DNA of 64,000 nucleotides, taken from NCBI GenBank assembly GCA_963827275.1, contig CAWHAA010000006.1:128001-192000 (forward strand), given 5' to 3'. The stretch is from an uncultured Spirochaetota bacterium (GTDB taxonomy: Bacteria; Spirochaetota; UBA4802; UBA5550). The translations under genes were made by a program, and so were the position numbers. Position 1 is the first letter of the stretch; every line of letters starts with the position of its first letter. Below are positions 19,826-30,163 of this stretch, one piece after another. The notes below the pieces were generated by a model, which was not told the DNA's origin, searched no databases, and worked only from the letters and a program-made list of their open reading frames with translations.

Positions 19826-20350
19826 TTACTGTGTTGTTATGCTGTTGAATGTAATCGTTACGTCGTACGTGTTGCGGCCCTTGATCGTCTGGTTGATCCG
19901 GAGATAGCTGATTTTTGTCAGCAGGCCGGAATTTTCCATCTTGTATATGAAATTGAGGATGGAGTTTATATCAACCCCTTCGAACCGCACATCCGCAGAC
20001 ACTTTCTTGAACTTTCCCTGCGTTATCGTGGGCCGGTCCCTGGTGTAGGTCTTGTTCTTTATGATGTTGAGGCTCTGGGCGTTTTCCTCTATGATCGACG
20101 TGAGCCCCCGCGTGCTGCCGGTCTGCGCGTTGAACTGGGACATCTTGTCGCGGATTTCACGGTACTGTTCGTGGATCTTGTCGAGCTGGTTCAGCTTCGA
20201 CATGTTCGACTCGAATTCAGTATTGATGCTGTTCCTGAGGCTCAGGATGGGCGATATGACGAGGAAATAGAGCACCAGCACCCCCGCAACGGCGGCCAGT
20301 ATCTGGAGGAGAAGTTTTTCACGCTTGTTGAGTTCTATCATGCCGGCCAC
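19826..20350 (-). CDS. gspM: Type II secretion system protein GspM
   Basis: LNKREK + TM + coiled coil + ferredoxin-like C-terminus; position after gspL. Confidence 0.8.
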   Translation of the reverse strand: MAGMIELNKREKLLLQILAAVAGVLVLYFLVISPILSLRNSINTEFESNMSKLNQLDKIHEQYREIRDKMSQFNAQTGSTRGLTSIIEENAQSLNIIKNKTYTRDRPTITQGKFKKVSADVRFEGVDINSILNFIYKMENSGLLTKISYLRINQTIKGRNTYDVTITFNSITTQ

Positions 20351-20351
20351 C

Positions 20352-21968
20352 TTATTCTTTTTTCGATACGGGCGCGGTCTTGTACTTGATTGTCATCGAG
20401 AACCTCACCTCGTTCTGCCGCGAGTATTTAATGTTAAGGGTGACCGAATCGAATTTTTTGGTCTTGAGCAGGCTTTCCTTGAACGTGTCGATCGAGGAGC
20501 TGGCGCCGGCCGTGCCCTCGAACATAAGTATGGTCTCATTGTAAACGAGGTTGGTCAGCACAAAGTTGCTGTCATCGGGGAAGCTGGCGGTGACGTCCTT
20601 CAGGATGTCGAGGAACGAGGTGTTTTCAGGGACCAGCTTCGCTATCGTGTCGTATTCTTTTTTCTCTTTTTTGAGCAGCGCGCGCGCCTCCTCGATGGGA
20701 TCACCGGCGGGCATGGCGCGGAAATAGCGGTTGTACTGCTCGGCAAGGACCTTGTTGTACTGGCTGTTCGAGCGCGCCGTCAGCAGGGCGGTCAGGATGA
20801 AGTATATCACGAGCACCACCACGGAGAGCGCGGCGAAGCCGCCGGAGAGATAGTATATCTTGTTCGATTCTCCCGCAACGTCGGGGATAAATTCACCCTT
20901 GAGGAAATTGATAGAGGAGCGGCGCCGCTTGATGTACGCGAGCATCGTGCCGAACGCGATCGGGAACTGCGTGCGGATGCTGCGCTCGGTATATTCGTCG
21001 AGGAAGGGAAGGGCGTCGACGGGAATATCGAGCTCCCGCGAGAGCAGCGAGCCGATGCCGGCAAGGCTGGAGCCGCCGCCGGAGATCAGCGCCCGGTTGA
21101 ACACGATATCGCCGCACTCGATCCGCATCGCCTTCATGGTGAGGATGACCTGCTCGGCCAGGGCGCCGGCGGTGTCCTGCGCGGCGTTGTATATTTTTTT
21201 AAGCTGCTGGCGCGAGAGACCGAGGGACTTGTAATGGTCACGCTGTACGTTGTTGTCGAAGGAGGTAAGGTCGATGTTCAGGTTCACGAACAGGCGCGCG
21301 GCCTCGGATAATGGCAGCTTCGCGGTGCCGGCGATCGCTTTGATTATCGAGTCCATTCCGACGGAAATGGCGCGTGTATAGAGGAGGTGGTTGTCGGATA
21401 TGAAGTTCAGGACCGTCTTGCTGTTGCCGATGTCAAGCTGGACGACCGCCTCGTTTTCAATCTTGTTGAAGTAGCGGTAGCATTCGAACAGCGCGTTGGA
21501 TTCCATGCCCATCCTGACCGGCTTGATGGCGGCATCGTTCAGGACCGCGAGGAATTTTATGATGTTGCTCTTGAGGGCCGCCGCGAGAAGTATCCGGCCT
21601 TCTCCTTCACGGTTGCTCCTCAATGACTGAAAATCGAGTTGGAGGTCGTCGAGCTTGAAGGGGATGTTCTCTTCCGCTTCGTACGGGATGGCATCGGCGA
21701 TCTTTTCGACGTCGCTGAAGGGGAAGGAAATCGTGCGGATGATCCCCGACTCCAGGGGGAGGTTGGTGATGACCCGGTAGCCGTCCAGGTCCTCCTCCGC
21801 GAGTATCTTGCGGATGGTTTCGGCGACGGCGGCCGGGCGATCCGGGTTGTCCGGATCGATCTCCTCGAAGTTGAACGATTTGAGCTGGAAATCGCGGAAC
21901 CCCGTTTTCACGGTAACGAGTTTTATCGACGAGGACCCGATATCTATGGCGGCTATGTTCTCGAACAA
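20352..21968 (-). CDS. gspL: Type II secretion system protein GspL (PilM actin-like domain plus PilN-like domain)
   Basis: AIDIGSSSIK, LDIGNSKT, SGGGS, INFLKGEF before the TM; TTG start. Confidence 0.82.
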   Translation of the reverse strand: MFENIAAIDIGSSSIKLVTVKTGFRDFQLKSFNFEEIDPDNPDRPAAVAETIRKILAEEDLDGYRVITNLPLESGIIRTISFPFSDVEKIADAIPYEAEENIPFKLDDLQLDFQSLRSNREGEGRILLAAALKSNIIKFLAVLNDAAIKPVRMGMESNALFECYRYFNKIENEAVVQLDIGNSKTVLNFISDNHLLYTRAISVGMDSIIKAIAGTAKLPLSEAARLFVNLNIDLTSFDNNVQRDHYKSLGLSRQQLKKIYNAAQDTAGALAEQVILTMKAMRIECGDIVFNRALISGGGSSLAGIGSLLSRELDIPVDALPFLDEYTERSIRTQFPIAFGTMLAYIKRRRSSINFLKGEFIPDVAGESNKIYYLSGGFAALSVVVLVIYFILTALLTARSNSQYNKVLAEQYNRYFRAMPAGDPIEEARALLKKEKKEYDTIAKLVPENTSFLDILKDVTASFPDDSNFVLTNLVYNETILMFEGTAGASSSIDTFKESLLKTKKFDSVTLNIKYSRQNEVRFSMTIKYKTAPVSKKE

Positions 21969-21986
21969 AGTAGTCTCCCCGGAACG

Positions 21987-23201
21987 TTATTCTTCACACC
22001 AGTAGTACATTGCCCGCATGCCGCGGTTATAGACCGCGGTTATTTTTACACGAACATCCTCAACGGTGGCGGTCGCTACGATCCTGAACACGGAGGATTT
22101 CACCGACAGCCGGTCGAGTATGGTCTGGTCGGCGACAAGGTCCTTGATTTCTTCAACGGATTTATAGGGCTGCGCCTGCCTTCGGCGGATGATCTCAGTC
22201 ACAATATCAGGTGTCATTTTATCTGTCAACGCAGATAATACCCTGTAGGAAGCCGTATTTATGTTTATCTTGTTCAGGTCGCTGGTATAATCGTTGCGGT
22301 CGCCGTACACGGTGAAATAGTCTGACAGCCGACGGCTCTTTTCCTTTCCGATCGTGGTACCTTCCCGTTCTGCCTCCGTCTTCGACGCCTTTTTAGCCGC
22401 TGCATCGCCGGCGAGCTCCTTGATCTTGTCAAGGTCAAGGTCGATGTTGCCCTTGTTGTGGTCCACGAGGTTCTGCTCGTTTTTTTCAGGCTCGCTATTC
22501 CCGCCTGCGAGGCCGTAATAGATGTCGGGGGTTATGTCCTTGATCAGCAGGAGCTCGTCGACGCTGTCCATCATGCTGTTTTTTGATGCGTAGGGCGGGG
22601 TCAGGGTCTGGTAGTAATCGGGCCCGTCGGCGCCATAGGGCATCCGCTGGTCGTCTATGTCCACCCAGTCATGGATAGCGTCGGCCAGGTCGAGGGGGAG
22701 GCCCATGTTCATGAAAAAGTTCTGCGTGAAGTAGTAAAATTTTGTGCGTTCGGTGAATTCGTTGGCGAGCACGCTCAGGTTTATTTTTGAGTTTTCGTCG
22801 ATGATCTCGAGCTTCAGCGAACCGTCTTCCATCGGCAGTTGGGGCACGTTGATCGCCCAGATGTCGTTATAGGAATCGGTCTCCTTGTCTGTCGGCTTCC
22901 CGGTTATCATTTCAGCGCCGAGGCCCTTGAGGTCTGCGTAGAGAATGAACTGGCAGAGCTGTATGCCCGATTTCGCGAGGTAGCCGGCCCGCAGCCTGTT
23001 TTTCAGCTGCTGGCCGTACCCGATGTTGGTGCGTGCGACGACGATAAAATCGCCGGCTATCGATATCAGCAGAGTGGTGATAATGAGCACGATGATGAGG
23101 ACGTAGCCGGAGGAGCCGCGCAGGTATCCGAAGAGGCCATGCTCTTCAAGGAGGGCCCTCCTTTTTTCATAATTACTGATGAACGAGTCCAGCAGCGCCA
23201 T
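21987..23201 (-). CDS. gspK: Type II secretion minor pseudopilin GspK
   Basis: GYVLIIVL prepilin-like helix lacking E5, DENSKINL, DWVDID, KININTAS. Confidence 0.9.
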   Translation of the reverse strand: MALLDSFISNYEKRRALLEEHGLFGYLRGSSGYVLIIVLIITTLLISIAGDFIVVARTNIGYGQQLKNRLRAGYLAKSGIQLCQFILYADLKGLGAEMITGKPTDKETDSYNDIWAINVPQLPMEDGSLKLEIIDENSKINLSVLANEFTERTKFYYFTQNFFMNMGLPLDLADAIHDWVDIDDQRMPYGADGPDYYQTLTPPYASKNSMMDSVDELLLIKDITPDIYYGLAGGNSEPEKNEQNLVDHNKGNIDLDLDKIKELAGDAAAKKASKTEAEREGTTIGKEKSRRLSDYFTVYGDRNDYTSDLNKININTASYRVLSALTDKMTPDIVTEIIRRRQAQPYKSVEEIKDLVADQTILDRLSVKSSVFRIVATATVEDVRVKITAVYNRGMRAMYYWCEE

Positions 23202-23202
23202 G

Positions 23203-23904
23203 TTACCGGTATTCCTTGATGTTCATCAGTGTCGTGAATATGAATTTTTCCTCTTCGGCCTGGTAGTTTTTGACCACTAACGTGGTTTTAACCGATTTGG
23301 GAAAGAGATTGTTCTGGCGCGAGTCCCAGCTGTCCTCCCAGTCGTTGCCCTTCTGGAACTCGAACCTGAGGCTCACCACGTTCGGAAGTAGCATGCTCTC
23401 CTCTCCGCTGGTGGTCGGGTCCTCCTCCCAGTAGTTGAATTTTTCGCTCTTGATCAGGTGGAAGAGGCCCTGGGTGTTTTTCGCCTCGCGGAGGTAATAG
23501 CCGATGCCCCGGATGTCGCTCATGCGGACCGGCGTGCTGCTCGACCCGGAGAGGATCATGTCATTGTGCATCACGGCGGTGAAATCGAGCCTGCTGTTTC
23601 CCCGGTCGCTTTCGCAGACAAAGTTGATCTTTTTGTTCGCCTTCGTATAGTAGGTGTTGGAAAGGTCCTGGTCTATCTTCATGATCGCCAGGTTTACGTT
23701 TTCGTAGAATTCCGCGCGGCCGATGGAGCGCTTGATGGAATCGAAGATCGAGCGGTATGACGCGTACGCCATGAGGAGTATGATGGACGCGATCGACGTC
23801 GCGACAAGGATCTCGATCAGGGTGAAGCCCTCATTGTCCGTATGCGGCCTGCGGGCCCTTCCTGCGGTTTGTATGGCTCTGTAAAGTAACGCACTCATTA
23901 TCAT
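23203..23904 (-). CDS. gspJ: Type II secretion minor pseudopilin GspJ
   Basis: GFTLIEILVA N-methylation motif, WEDSWD...PKSVK; start reassigned to ATG 23904 (ATGA overlap). Confidence 0.85.
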   Translation of the reverse strand: MIMSALLYRAIQTAGRARRPHTDNEGFTLIEILVATSIASIILLMAYASYRSIFDSIKRSIGRAEFYENVNLAIMKIDQDLSNTYYTKANKKINFVCESDRGNSRLDFTAVMHNDMILSGSSSTPVRMSDIRGIGYYLREAKNTQGLFHLIKSEKFNYWEEDPTTSGEESMLLPNVVSLRFEFQKGNDWEDSWDSRQNNLFPKSVKTTLVVKNYQAEEEKFIFTTLMNIKEYR

Positions 23905-24293
23905 TGCGCCTGGTAAATGTATGATATCTTGTAGGAGCGATTTTTGCCCCGTTCCTTCCATGTGACGATGATACTGGTACTGTTGGCGGGCAGCGGGCCC
24001 AGGAGGGGGTGCTCCCATCGCTTTGTTTCCCTTGTAACGGAAAATCCGGGAAGGCCCTTGACCGCCTCGTCCTTGAGGTCGGTGCCCCGGTAGTTTTTTA
24101 GGATAAACTCGTTCATCCTGGTCCGGGCGACCAGCATCGCCTGGGTGTAGTTCTTCATACCGGATATGACATAGACGCTCGACGACACGCCCGAGATGAC
24201 GCTCAGGAGCACCGTCGAAAGAATGGCAAGCGCTATCAGGATCTCGACAAGGACAAATCCTTTCATGCCGGCGGAGTGTCTGTTATTCTTCAT
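23901..24293 (-). CDS. gspI: Type II secretion minor pseudopilin GspI
   Basis: GFVLVEILIALAIL motif; size and position. Confidence 0.8.
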   Translation of the reverse strand: MKNNRHSAGMKGFVLVEILIALAILSTVLLSVISGVSSSVYVISGMKNYTQAMLVARTRMNEFILKNYRGTDLKDEAVKGLPGFSVTRETKRWEHPLLGPLPANSTSIIVTWKERGKNRSYKISYIYQAQ

Positions 24294-24897
24294 TATCGAA
24301 CGTCTCATACCCCCGTATGACCTTCGGCTCCTTGATGTGCTTGTTTATCTTTATCGACCATTTCTGGTCACCGTTCACCGTGACATGGATGATGCAATTG
24401 CTCGAGTATCCCCCGGGGTAGAAGGATATGTATGCGCGGCCATCGGTCACTTTTTCCCCGGTCGACCAGAGGACGTCATCTATCAAAAACGAATCGCCGA
24501 ATTCTTTGAACTGGAGGGACTTGCGCGTGCTGTCAACGAATTCGCCATCGACATAGTTGAGGACCGCGACGCCGTTTTTGCGGTTGAACACGTCCTTCAC
24601 CGGCCCCGTGTCCCCGGCATCGGCACCGGGACTGCTCAGGTACACGGTGAAAAAGTCAGTCCGGTGCCTTAAAAAGGCGTCATCGAAGGTCATGGCGAGC
24701 ATCCCGGTGACTATGGCGAACTTGTCCTGCTGGGTGCCGATCACGCGCCCGACCCGTGGGATGGCGATCATGAAGAGAAGAGATATGACCGATATGGCGA
24801 CGATCAGCTCGATGAGGGTGAAGCCGCGGTCATCATGCCGGATCGCCCTGACTAACGCGGCGGGGAGCCCGGCGGCGCTGCGCGGTCTATTTTTCAT
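24283..24897 (-). CDS. gspH: Type II secretion minor pseudopilin GspH
   Basis: GFTLIELIVA motif, ISFYPGG; follows gspG. Confidence 0.8.
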   Translation of the reverse strand: MKNRPRSAAGLPAALVRAIRHDDRGFTLIELIVAISVISLLFMIAIPRVGRVIGTQQDKFAIVTGMLAMTFDDAFLRHRTDFFTVYLSSPGADAGDTGPVKDVFNRKNGVAVLNYVDGEFVDSTRKSLQFKEFGDSFLIDDVLWSTGEKVTDGRAYISFYPGGYSSNCIIHVTVNGDQKWSIKINKHIKEPKVIRGYETFDNEE

Positions 24898-25333
24898 CCC
24901 AGCTTTTTATGTCGGCGTTGAACCCTTCGCCGCCCTCTTGCTTGTCAGCGCCCATGCTCCAGATCTCGTACGAGTCGGGGTCGGATTCGCCGGGGAAGCG
25001 GTACTGGAACGGAGAGCCCCAGGGGTCAGCCGGGAGCTTTTTCAGGTAGCCCTCGGTCACCAGCGCGTTCAGTCCTTCGTCCGAAGAGGGGTAGGAGCCC
25101 TTGTCGTTGTTGTATTCCATGAGCGGGATCTCGAAGCTCTTGATCCCCACCTTCGCCGCTTCGACCCTCGATTTGTTCCAGGACCTCATCAGGTTCGGCG
25201 CGATGACGAGCCCCGTCAGGAGGGCCATGATGCTCACGACGATCATGATCTCAATAAGGGTGAAGCCGGCGTTCGCGGCGAGCCGTGAGATGACCTGATC
25301 TATTCTCTCGCGTATTGATTTTCGGGCATTCAT
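24887..25333 (-). CDS. gspG: Type II secretion major pseudopilin GspG
   Basis: GFTLIEIMIVV, YPSSDEGLNAL, DPWGSPFQY, SMGADKQEGGEG. Confidence 0.95.
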   Translation of the reverse strand: MNARKSIRERIDQVISRLAANAGFTLIEIMIVVSIMALLTGLVIAPNLMRSWNKSRVEAAKVGIKSFEIPLMEYNNDKGSYPSSDEGLNALVTEGYLKKLPADPWGSPFQYRFPGESDPDSYEIWSMGADKQEGGEGFNADIKSWDEK

Positions 25334-25396
25334 TTTTTTCTCCTTTACTCTACGGAATATATTCTCTGCATGTGTTACGCCGCCAGCGGCATTATT

Positions 25397-26647
25397 TCAC
25401 TGCAGCAGCATGTTCATCTGCGTGATCGGCAGGATGACTGCCATTACGATCAGGCCTATGATGAGGCCCATCAGGATGATGATGATCGGCTCGAGCAGGC
25501 TGGTAAGGCTCGTCACGGTGAGGTCAAGCTCGGTCTCGTACACGGTGCCGATGTTGACGAGCATGCTGTCGAGGTTGTCGCTCGCTTCACCGGCGGATAT
25601 CATTCCCAGCACGAGCTTGGGAAGAAATTCCGACTTGGCGAGCGCATTTGAAACCGTGGCGCCCTCCTTTATCCTGGCGGAAGCCTCCTCTATGCTCTTC
25701 TCGATAATCACGTTCCCCACGATCTTTTTTACTATCTCGAATGATTTTATAATGTCCACCTTGTTGCTGAGGAGTATGCCCAGGTTCTGCGTGAAACGGT
25801 ACACGATAAGACGCCGGTACAGGTTGCTGACGAGTGGCAGCTTCAGCTTTAATTCGTCGATTTTGCGCCTCCCCTCGGCCGATTTCGAGTACCTGCCGTA
25901 CAGGTACACGAGCAGGGCGAAGAGCAGGAGCGGGACGTACCAGAAATGCGAAAGGAAGTTGCTGACCGCCAGGACCGCGGTGGTGACGAACGGAAGGTCC
26001 TGTTTCTGTTCCTCGAACATGTTCGCCATGGCCGGTATGACACTGGTCATGAGGAACATCATCACCGCCATGGCGAAGAGCATCATGAACGCCGGGTACC
26101 AGAGCGCGGAGCGTATCTTGCTCGTCAGGATGTTCTGCTTCTCCTCGAGCTCGGCGAGCCGCGCGATGACCTGGTCGAGCGATCCGAGGTTTTCGCCGAC
26201 ACGCACCATGCTGATGTACATCTCGGGGAAAATGCTCCTGTGCTGGGATAGCGCGTTGGAAAAGGACGAGCCCTGCTCGATCTTCTCCTTGACGTCGGCG
26301 ATGACGTTCCTGAAATGCTTGTTGTCGATCTGCTCGACGATATCGGCGATGGCCACCGGGAGGGGCAGGCCCGCCCTGAGCAGGGTGGCGAGCTGGCGCG
26401 AAAAGATTCCGATCTGCTTGGTGCTGAGCTTGAGGCTTATTACGTCTGAAAGGCGCTGGAAGAGGGCCTTCATCGAGGTCTTGGCGGCATCGGCGGTTTC
26501 GGTGGTGGAGATCTCCTGCTTCTTGATCTTCGTCAGGTACATCCCCTGGCCGCGGATCTTCTGCCGCGCGCTCATCTCCGATGGGGCGTCAAGGTAGTCC
26601 GTGACGGTTTTCCCGGTCCTGTCAAGGGCCTGGTACTGAAAAATCAT
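25397..26647 (-). CDS. gspF: Type II secretion inner-membrane platform protein GspF
   Basis: FSRQLATLLRAGLPL, GENLGSL, ALWYP, AGEASDNL, LLEPIII. Confidence 0.95.
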   Translation of the reverse strand: MIFQYQALDRTGKTVTDYLDAPSEMSARQKIRGQGMYLTKIKKQEISTTETADAAKTSMKALFQRLSDVISLKLSTKQIGIFSRQLATLLRAGLPLPVAIADIVEQIDNKHFRNVIADVKEKIEQGSSFSNALSQHRSIFPEMYISMVRVGENLGSLDQVIARLAELEEKQNILTSKIRSALWYPAFMMLFAMAVMMFLMTSVIPAMANMFEEQKQDLPFVTTAVLAVSNFLSHFWYVPLLLFALLVYLYGRYSKSAEGRRKIDELKLKLPLVSNLYRRLIVYRFTQNLGILLSNKVDIIKSFEIVKKIVGNVIIEKSIEEASARIKEGATVSNALAKSEFLPKLVLGMISAGEASDNLDSMLVNIGTVYETELDLTVTSLTSLLEPIIIILMGLIIGLIVMAVILPITQMNMLLQ

Positions 26648-26669
26648 GAGGTGGCTCCCCGCCCTGGCG

Positions 26670-28370
26670 TCAGCATACCCGAAGGACTTCCTCTATTGTA
26701 GTCATCCCTTCAATTGATTTATCGATGCCGTCCTGAAGGAGGGTCTTCATTCCCTCCCTGATCGCGAATTCCTTGATAAGCTGGGCCTCGGCGTGCTCCA
26801 TGATCATCTTGCGTACGCCGCTTGTCAGTACCAGGAGCTCAAATATGCCGTACCTGCCGGCATACCCGGTGTTCAGGCACTTTTCGCATCCCTTTCCCCG
26901 GAACAGCTTTCCCCCCTTCAGCTGTGACGGTTTTATCCCGAGGTCCGCCAGCACCTTGGGGGAGGGCTTGTACGGCTCCCTGCATGACGGGCATATCTTC
27001 CGGACAAGCCGCTGCGCCAGGTAGGCGTTCACCGACGAGGTTATCAGGAAGGGCTCGATGCCCATGTCGATGAGGCGCGTGATCCCGCTCGCGGCGTCGT
27101 TGGTGTGGAGCGTGGAGAAGACCCGGTGCCCGGTCAGGGCCGCCTGTACCGCTATCTCCGCCGTTTCATGGTCGCGGATTTCACCCACCATGACAATGTC
27201 GGGGTCCTGGCGAAGGATCGAGCGGAGCCCGCTCGCAAAGGTAAGGTTGATGGACGGTTTCACCTGCATCTGCCCTATGCCGGATATCTGGTATTCGATC
27301 GGGTCTTCAACCGTGAGGATGTTGACGTCGTCGCTGTTCAGCTTTGTCAGGACGCTGTAGAGCGTGGTCGACTTGCCGCTCCCGGTCGGGCCGGTGACCA
27401 GCACAATGCCGTAGGTCTTTTTAATTAATTTATCGAACTCGGCAAGGGTGTGCTCGTCAAAGCCGATGGCGGCGAGGTCGAAGCTCATGTCGGACTTGTT
27501 CAGTATCCGGAGGACAATCCGCTCCCCGTAGTAGGTCGGGAAGGTCGAGACGCGGATGTCGATGTCTTTGCCGGCGATCTTGAGCTGGATCCGGCCATCT
27601 TGAGGGAGGCGGTTCTCGGCGATGTTCAGGTTTGCCATGATCTTGATCCGGGATATGATCGCGCCCTGGTACCTTTTCGGGGGTGTGTACATGTTATAGA
27701 GTATGCCGTCTATCCTGAAGCGCACGGTAAGCTCCTTTTCAAAGGGCTCAACGTGTATGTCGCTCGCGCGGTCGGTCACCGCCTGCTTGATGAAGGTGTT
27801 TACGAGGCGGATAATGGGGGCCTCGTTGGCCATGTCCATGATGTCTTCGGTCTCGGATATCGAGGAGGTGAGGATCTCGAAATCGGATTCCTCGAGGTCT
27901 TCTATGACATCGTCGGTGGATTCGGTCTTCAGCACGTTGTAATGGAGGCTGATGATGCGCTGCACCTCGTCATCCGTGGTCAGCACCGCGACAAAATCGT
28001 ATTCAGGGAAGAGCATCTTCAGGTCGTCAAGGGGCTGTATGTTCAGGACGTCGACGATGCCCACCTGGATGGTGCTTCCCTTTTTCCTGAAGGGGACCAT
28101 CTTGTTCTTTCTCAGGAAGTGCACCGGGATGTTCGCGAAGAGGTTCTCAGTGTCGATGAAGTCGATGTGCGGCATGAAGGTCATGTCGTATTGCTCGGCA
28201 AGGCAGGCCAGGACGTCCTCTTCAGCGGCGGCCCCTTTCTTTATCAGCAGCTGCCCCAGGCGGAGCGGGGTGCTCTTCTGCGCCAGGAGCGCCTCCTGGA
28301 GCTCTTCCTGGGTGATGCATTTCCGGTCAACGAGGATCTCGCCGATGTATTTTGCCTTGATCTTCGGCAT
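26670..28370 (-). CDS. gspE: Type II secretion ATPase GspE
   Basis: ASDIHVEP, RLPQDGR, Walker A GPTGSGKST, TVEDPIEY, LRQDPD, GEIRD, CxxC...CxxC. Confidence 0.96.
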   Translation of the reverse strand: MPKIKAKYIGEILVDRKCITQEELQEALLAQKSTPLRLGQLLIKKGAAAEEDVLACLAEQYDMTFMPHIDFIDTENLFANIPVHFLRKNKMVPFRKKGSTIQVGIVDVLNIQPLDDLKMLFPEYDFVAVLTTDDEVQRIISLHYNVLKTESTDDVIEDLEESDFEILTSSISETEDIMDMANEAPIIRLVNTFIKQAVTDRASDIHVEPFEKELTVRFRIDGILYNMYTPPKRYQGAIISRIKIMANLNIAENRLPQDGRIQLKIAGKDIDIRVSTFPTYYGERIVLRILNKSDMSFDLAAIGFDEHTLAEFDKLIKKTYGIVLVTGPTGSGKSTTLYSVLTKLNSDDVNILTVEDPIEYQISGIGQMQVKPSINLTFASGLRSILRQDPDIVMVGEIRDHETAEIAVQAALTGHRVFSTLHTNDAASGITRLIDMGIEPFLITSSVNAYLAQRLVRKICPSCREPYKPSPKVLADLGIKPSQLKGGKLFRGKGCEKCLNTGYAGRYGIFELLVLTSGVRKMIMEHAEAQLIKEFAIREGMKTLLQDGIDKSIEGMTTIEEVLRVC

Positions 28371-28372
28371 GC

Positions 28373-30139
28373 CTATTTTTTCCTGAGCCTTCTCATGGTT
28401 TCCATCTTTTCCTTGGTGATGGATTCGAGCTTGGAGCGTTTTGTGACGATATGCGGCGTTATGAAAACCAGCAGGTTGGTCTTTTTATAGTTGGCGGTCT
28501 TCGTTTTGAAGAGCCACCCCAGGACCGGGATGTCGCCCAGCAGGGGGACCTTCGACTCGGATATGTCCTTCTTGTTGCTGATCAGCCCTCCCACGACGAT
28601 GGTCTTGCCGTCATAGACGGTGACCTTGGTCTTGATGTCGCGCTTGCCGAGCTTCGGCGGGATGACGGAGCCGCCGGACGTCTGGGTGGACTCGCCGAGT
28701 ATGTTGTTTACCTCCTGGTAGAGGTCAAGGGTGATGCGTTTTTTCTGGGTGATGTGGGGGGTGATCTTCAGCTTGATGCCCACGGTCTTGTACTCGTAGG
28801 TCTGGAAGGTCGTGTTCTGGTCCGTGATGCGGTTGTTGGTCGTCACGGCGATCTCTTCCCCCACGTTGAGCTCCGCCTCGCTGTTATCGATGGTCAGCAC
28901 CTGCGGTGTCGAGAGTATGTTGAAATTGCTGTCGGTGGCCGACGCGTTCAGCAGGGCGAAGGAGAGTATGCTGGTGTCGGGCATGTACGCGAGCTGGAAG
29001 CCCGGGTTGATGGGCATGGCGGGCGTCTTTCCTGTGGGGAGGCCGGCCGGGAGCGCCCAGTTCGCGAAGTTCGTGCTGTTGATCTTTGACCCGCCGTACA
29101 TGTGAGCGCCGCTCTTGTTGCCCAGCATCCAGTCTATGCCGAAGCCCCAGCCGTTCTCCACGGATACTTCGACGATCATGGCCTCTATCAGCACCTGCTC
29201 GCGCACTATATCGAGCTCCTTTATGACGCGGAGGATCTCGGCGTACTCGTCGGGTTTCGCGGTGATGATGAGGGAGTTGGTGTCCTTGTTCGATATGATC
29301 GAGAGCTTCGCGGTCTTGTCCGCGCCGGCGCCGTGCTGCTGCGTCACCCTCCGTGCCTTGTCGGAGGGCTCGACTTTCTGGGGTTGGGGGACAGGGGAGG
29401 TGTCGATCTTCGCGGATTCAGAAAACGGGATCCGCGCGAGGACGGCGGCAAGGTCGTCAGCGTTGGCGTTCTCGAGGTGATAGACATGGATGTTGCCGCT
29501 CGTTCTCTCGGGCCCCGTCGGGGCTATTTTCTCGTCCAGGGACCTGGCTATCTTGATGAGCCCGTTCACCTCGGAGGTAATGCCGGTAATGATGAGTATG
29601 TTCAGGGACTGGTATACGACGACGTCGGTGTTCTTCGACTTGAGGGAGCGCAGCGCGTTGGCCACCTCGTTCGCGTCGGCGTTTTTCATCTCCAGGAGAA
29701 ACGTTATGGAGCGTTCGTCCGTCATCGGCTTGCCGTCGACAATAATGGAAGAGTTTTTCTTTATGGCCTCCTCGATAGGGAGGATCTTGATGAGGTTCGG
29801 CGTCTCGACGATGGAGAGCCCCTTGACCTCGAGGATCGCCTTCATGACATTGTATGCCTCGTTAAGGGGGACCTTGCGCGCGGAGCTGATTGAAATCTTG
29901 CCCTTCACGCGGTCGTCGATAATGATGTTCTTCCCGATCAGGCCGCCCATGACATTGATGAATTCGGCGATTTCAACGTCCTTGAAATTGAGGGCGAACA
30001 TTTTAGGGCCCTTCGGTTTTTTTGCTTTCTGCGGCGCCGCGATTACCTCGGAGGGGGCGTGTAGTGTCCCATTCATGAACGGAACGGCCAGGATGAGCGC
30101 GCTGATCAGAATGGGTTTTTTCAATCGTGATAAATTCAT
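28373..30139 (-). CDS. gspD: Type II secretion secretin GspD
   Basis: N0 domain LNFKDVEI, QVLIEAMIVEV, NILSTP, GIKLKITPHI, KVPLLGDIPVLGWLFK. Confidence 0.95.
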   Translation of the reverse strand: MNLSRLKKPILISALILAVPFMNGTLHAPSEVIAAPQKAKKPKGPKMFALNFKDVEIAEFINVMGGLIGKNIIIDDRVKGKISISSARKVPLNEAYNVMKAILEVKGLSIVETPNLIKILPIEEAIKKNSSIIVDGKPMTDERSITFLLEMKNADANEVANALRSLKSKNTDVVVYQSLNILIITGITSEVNGLIKIARSLDEKIAPTGPERTSGNIHVYHLENANADDLAAVLARIPFSESAKIDTSPVPQPQKVEPSDKARRVTQQHGAGADKTAKLSIISNKDTNSLIITAKPDEYAEILRVIKELDIVREQVLIEAMIVEVSVENGWGFGIDWMLGNKSGAHMYGGSKINSTNFANWALPAGLPTGKTPAMPINPGFQLAYMPDTSILSFALLNASATDSNFNILSTPQVLTIDNSEAELNVGEEIAVTTNNRITDQNTTFQTYEYKTVGIKLKITPHITQKKRITLDLYQEVNNILGESTQTSGGSVIPPKLGKRDIKTKVTVYDGKTIVVGGLISNKKDISESKVPLLGDIPVLGWLFKTKTANYKKTNLLVFITPHIVTKRSKLESITKEKMETMRRLRKK

Positions 30140-30163
30140 TACACTTTCCTTGTAAGACGGTAA

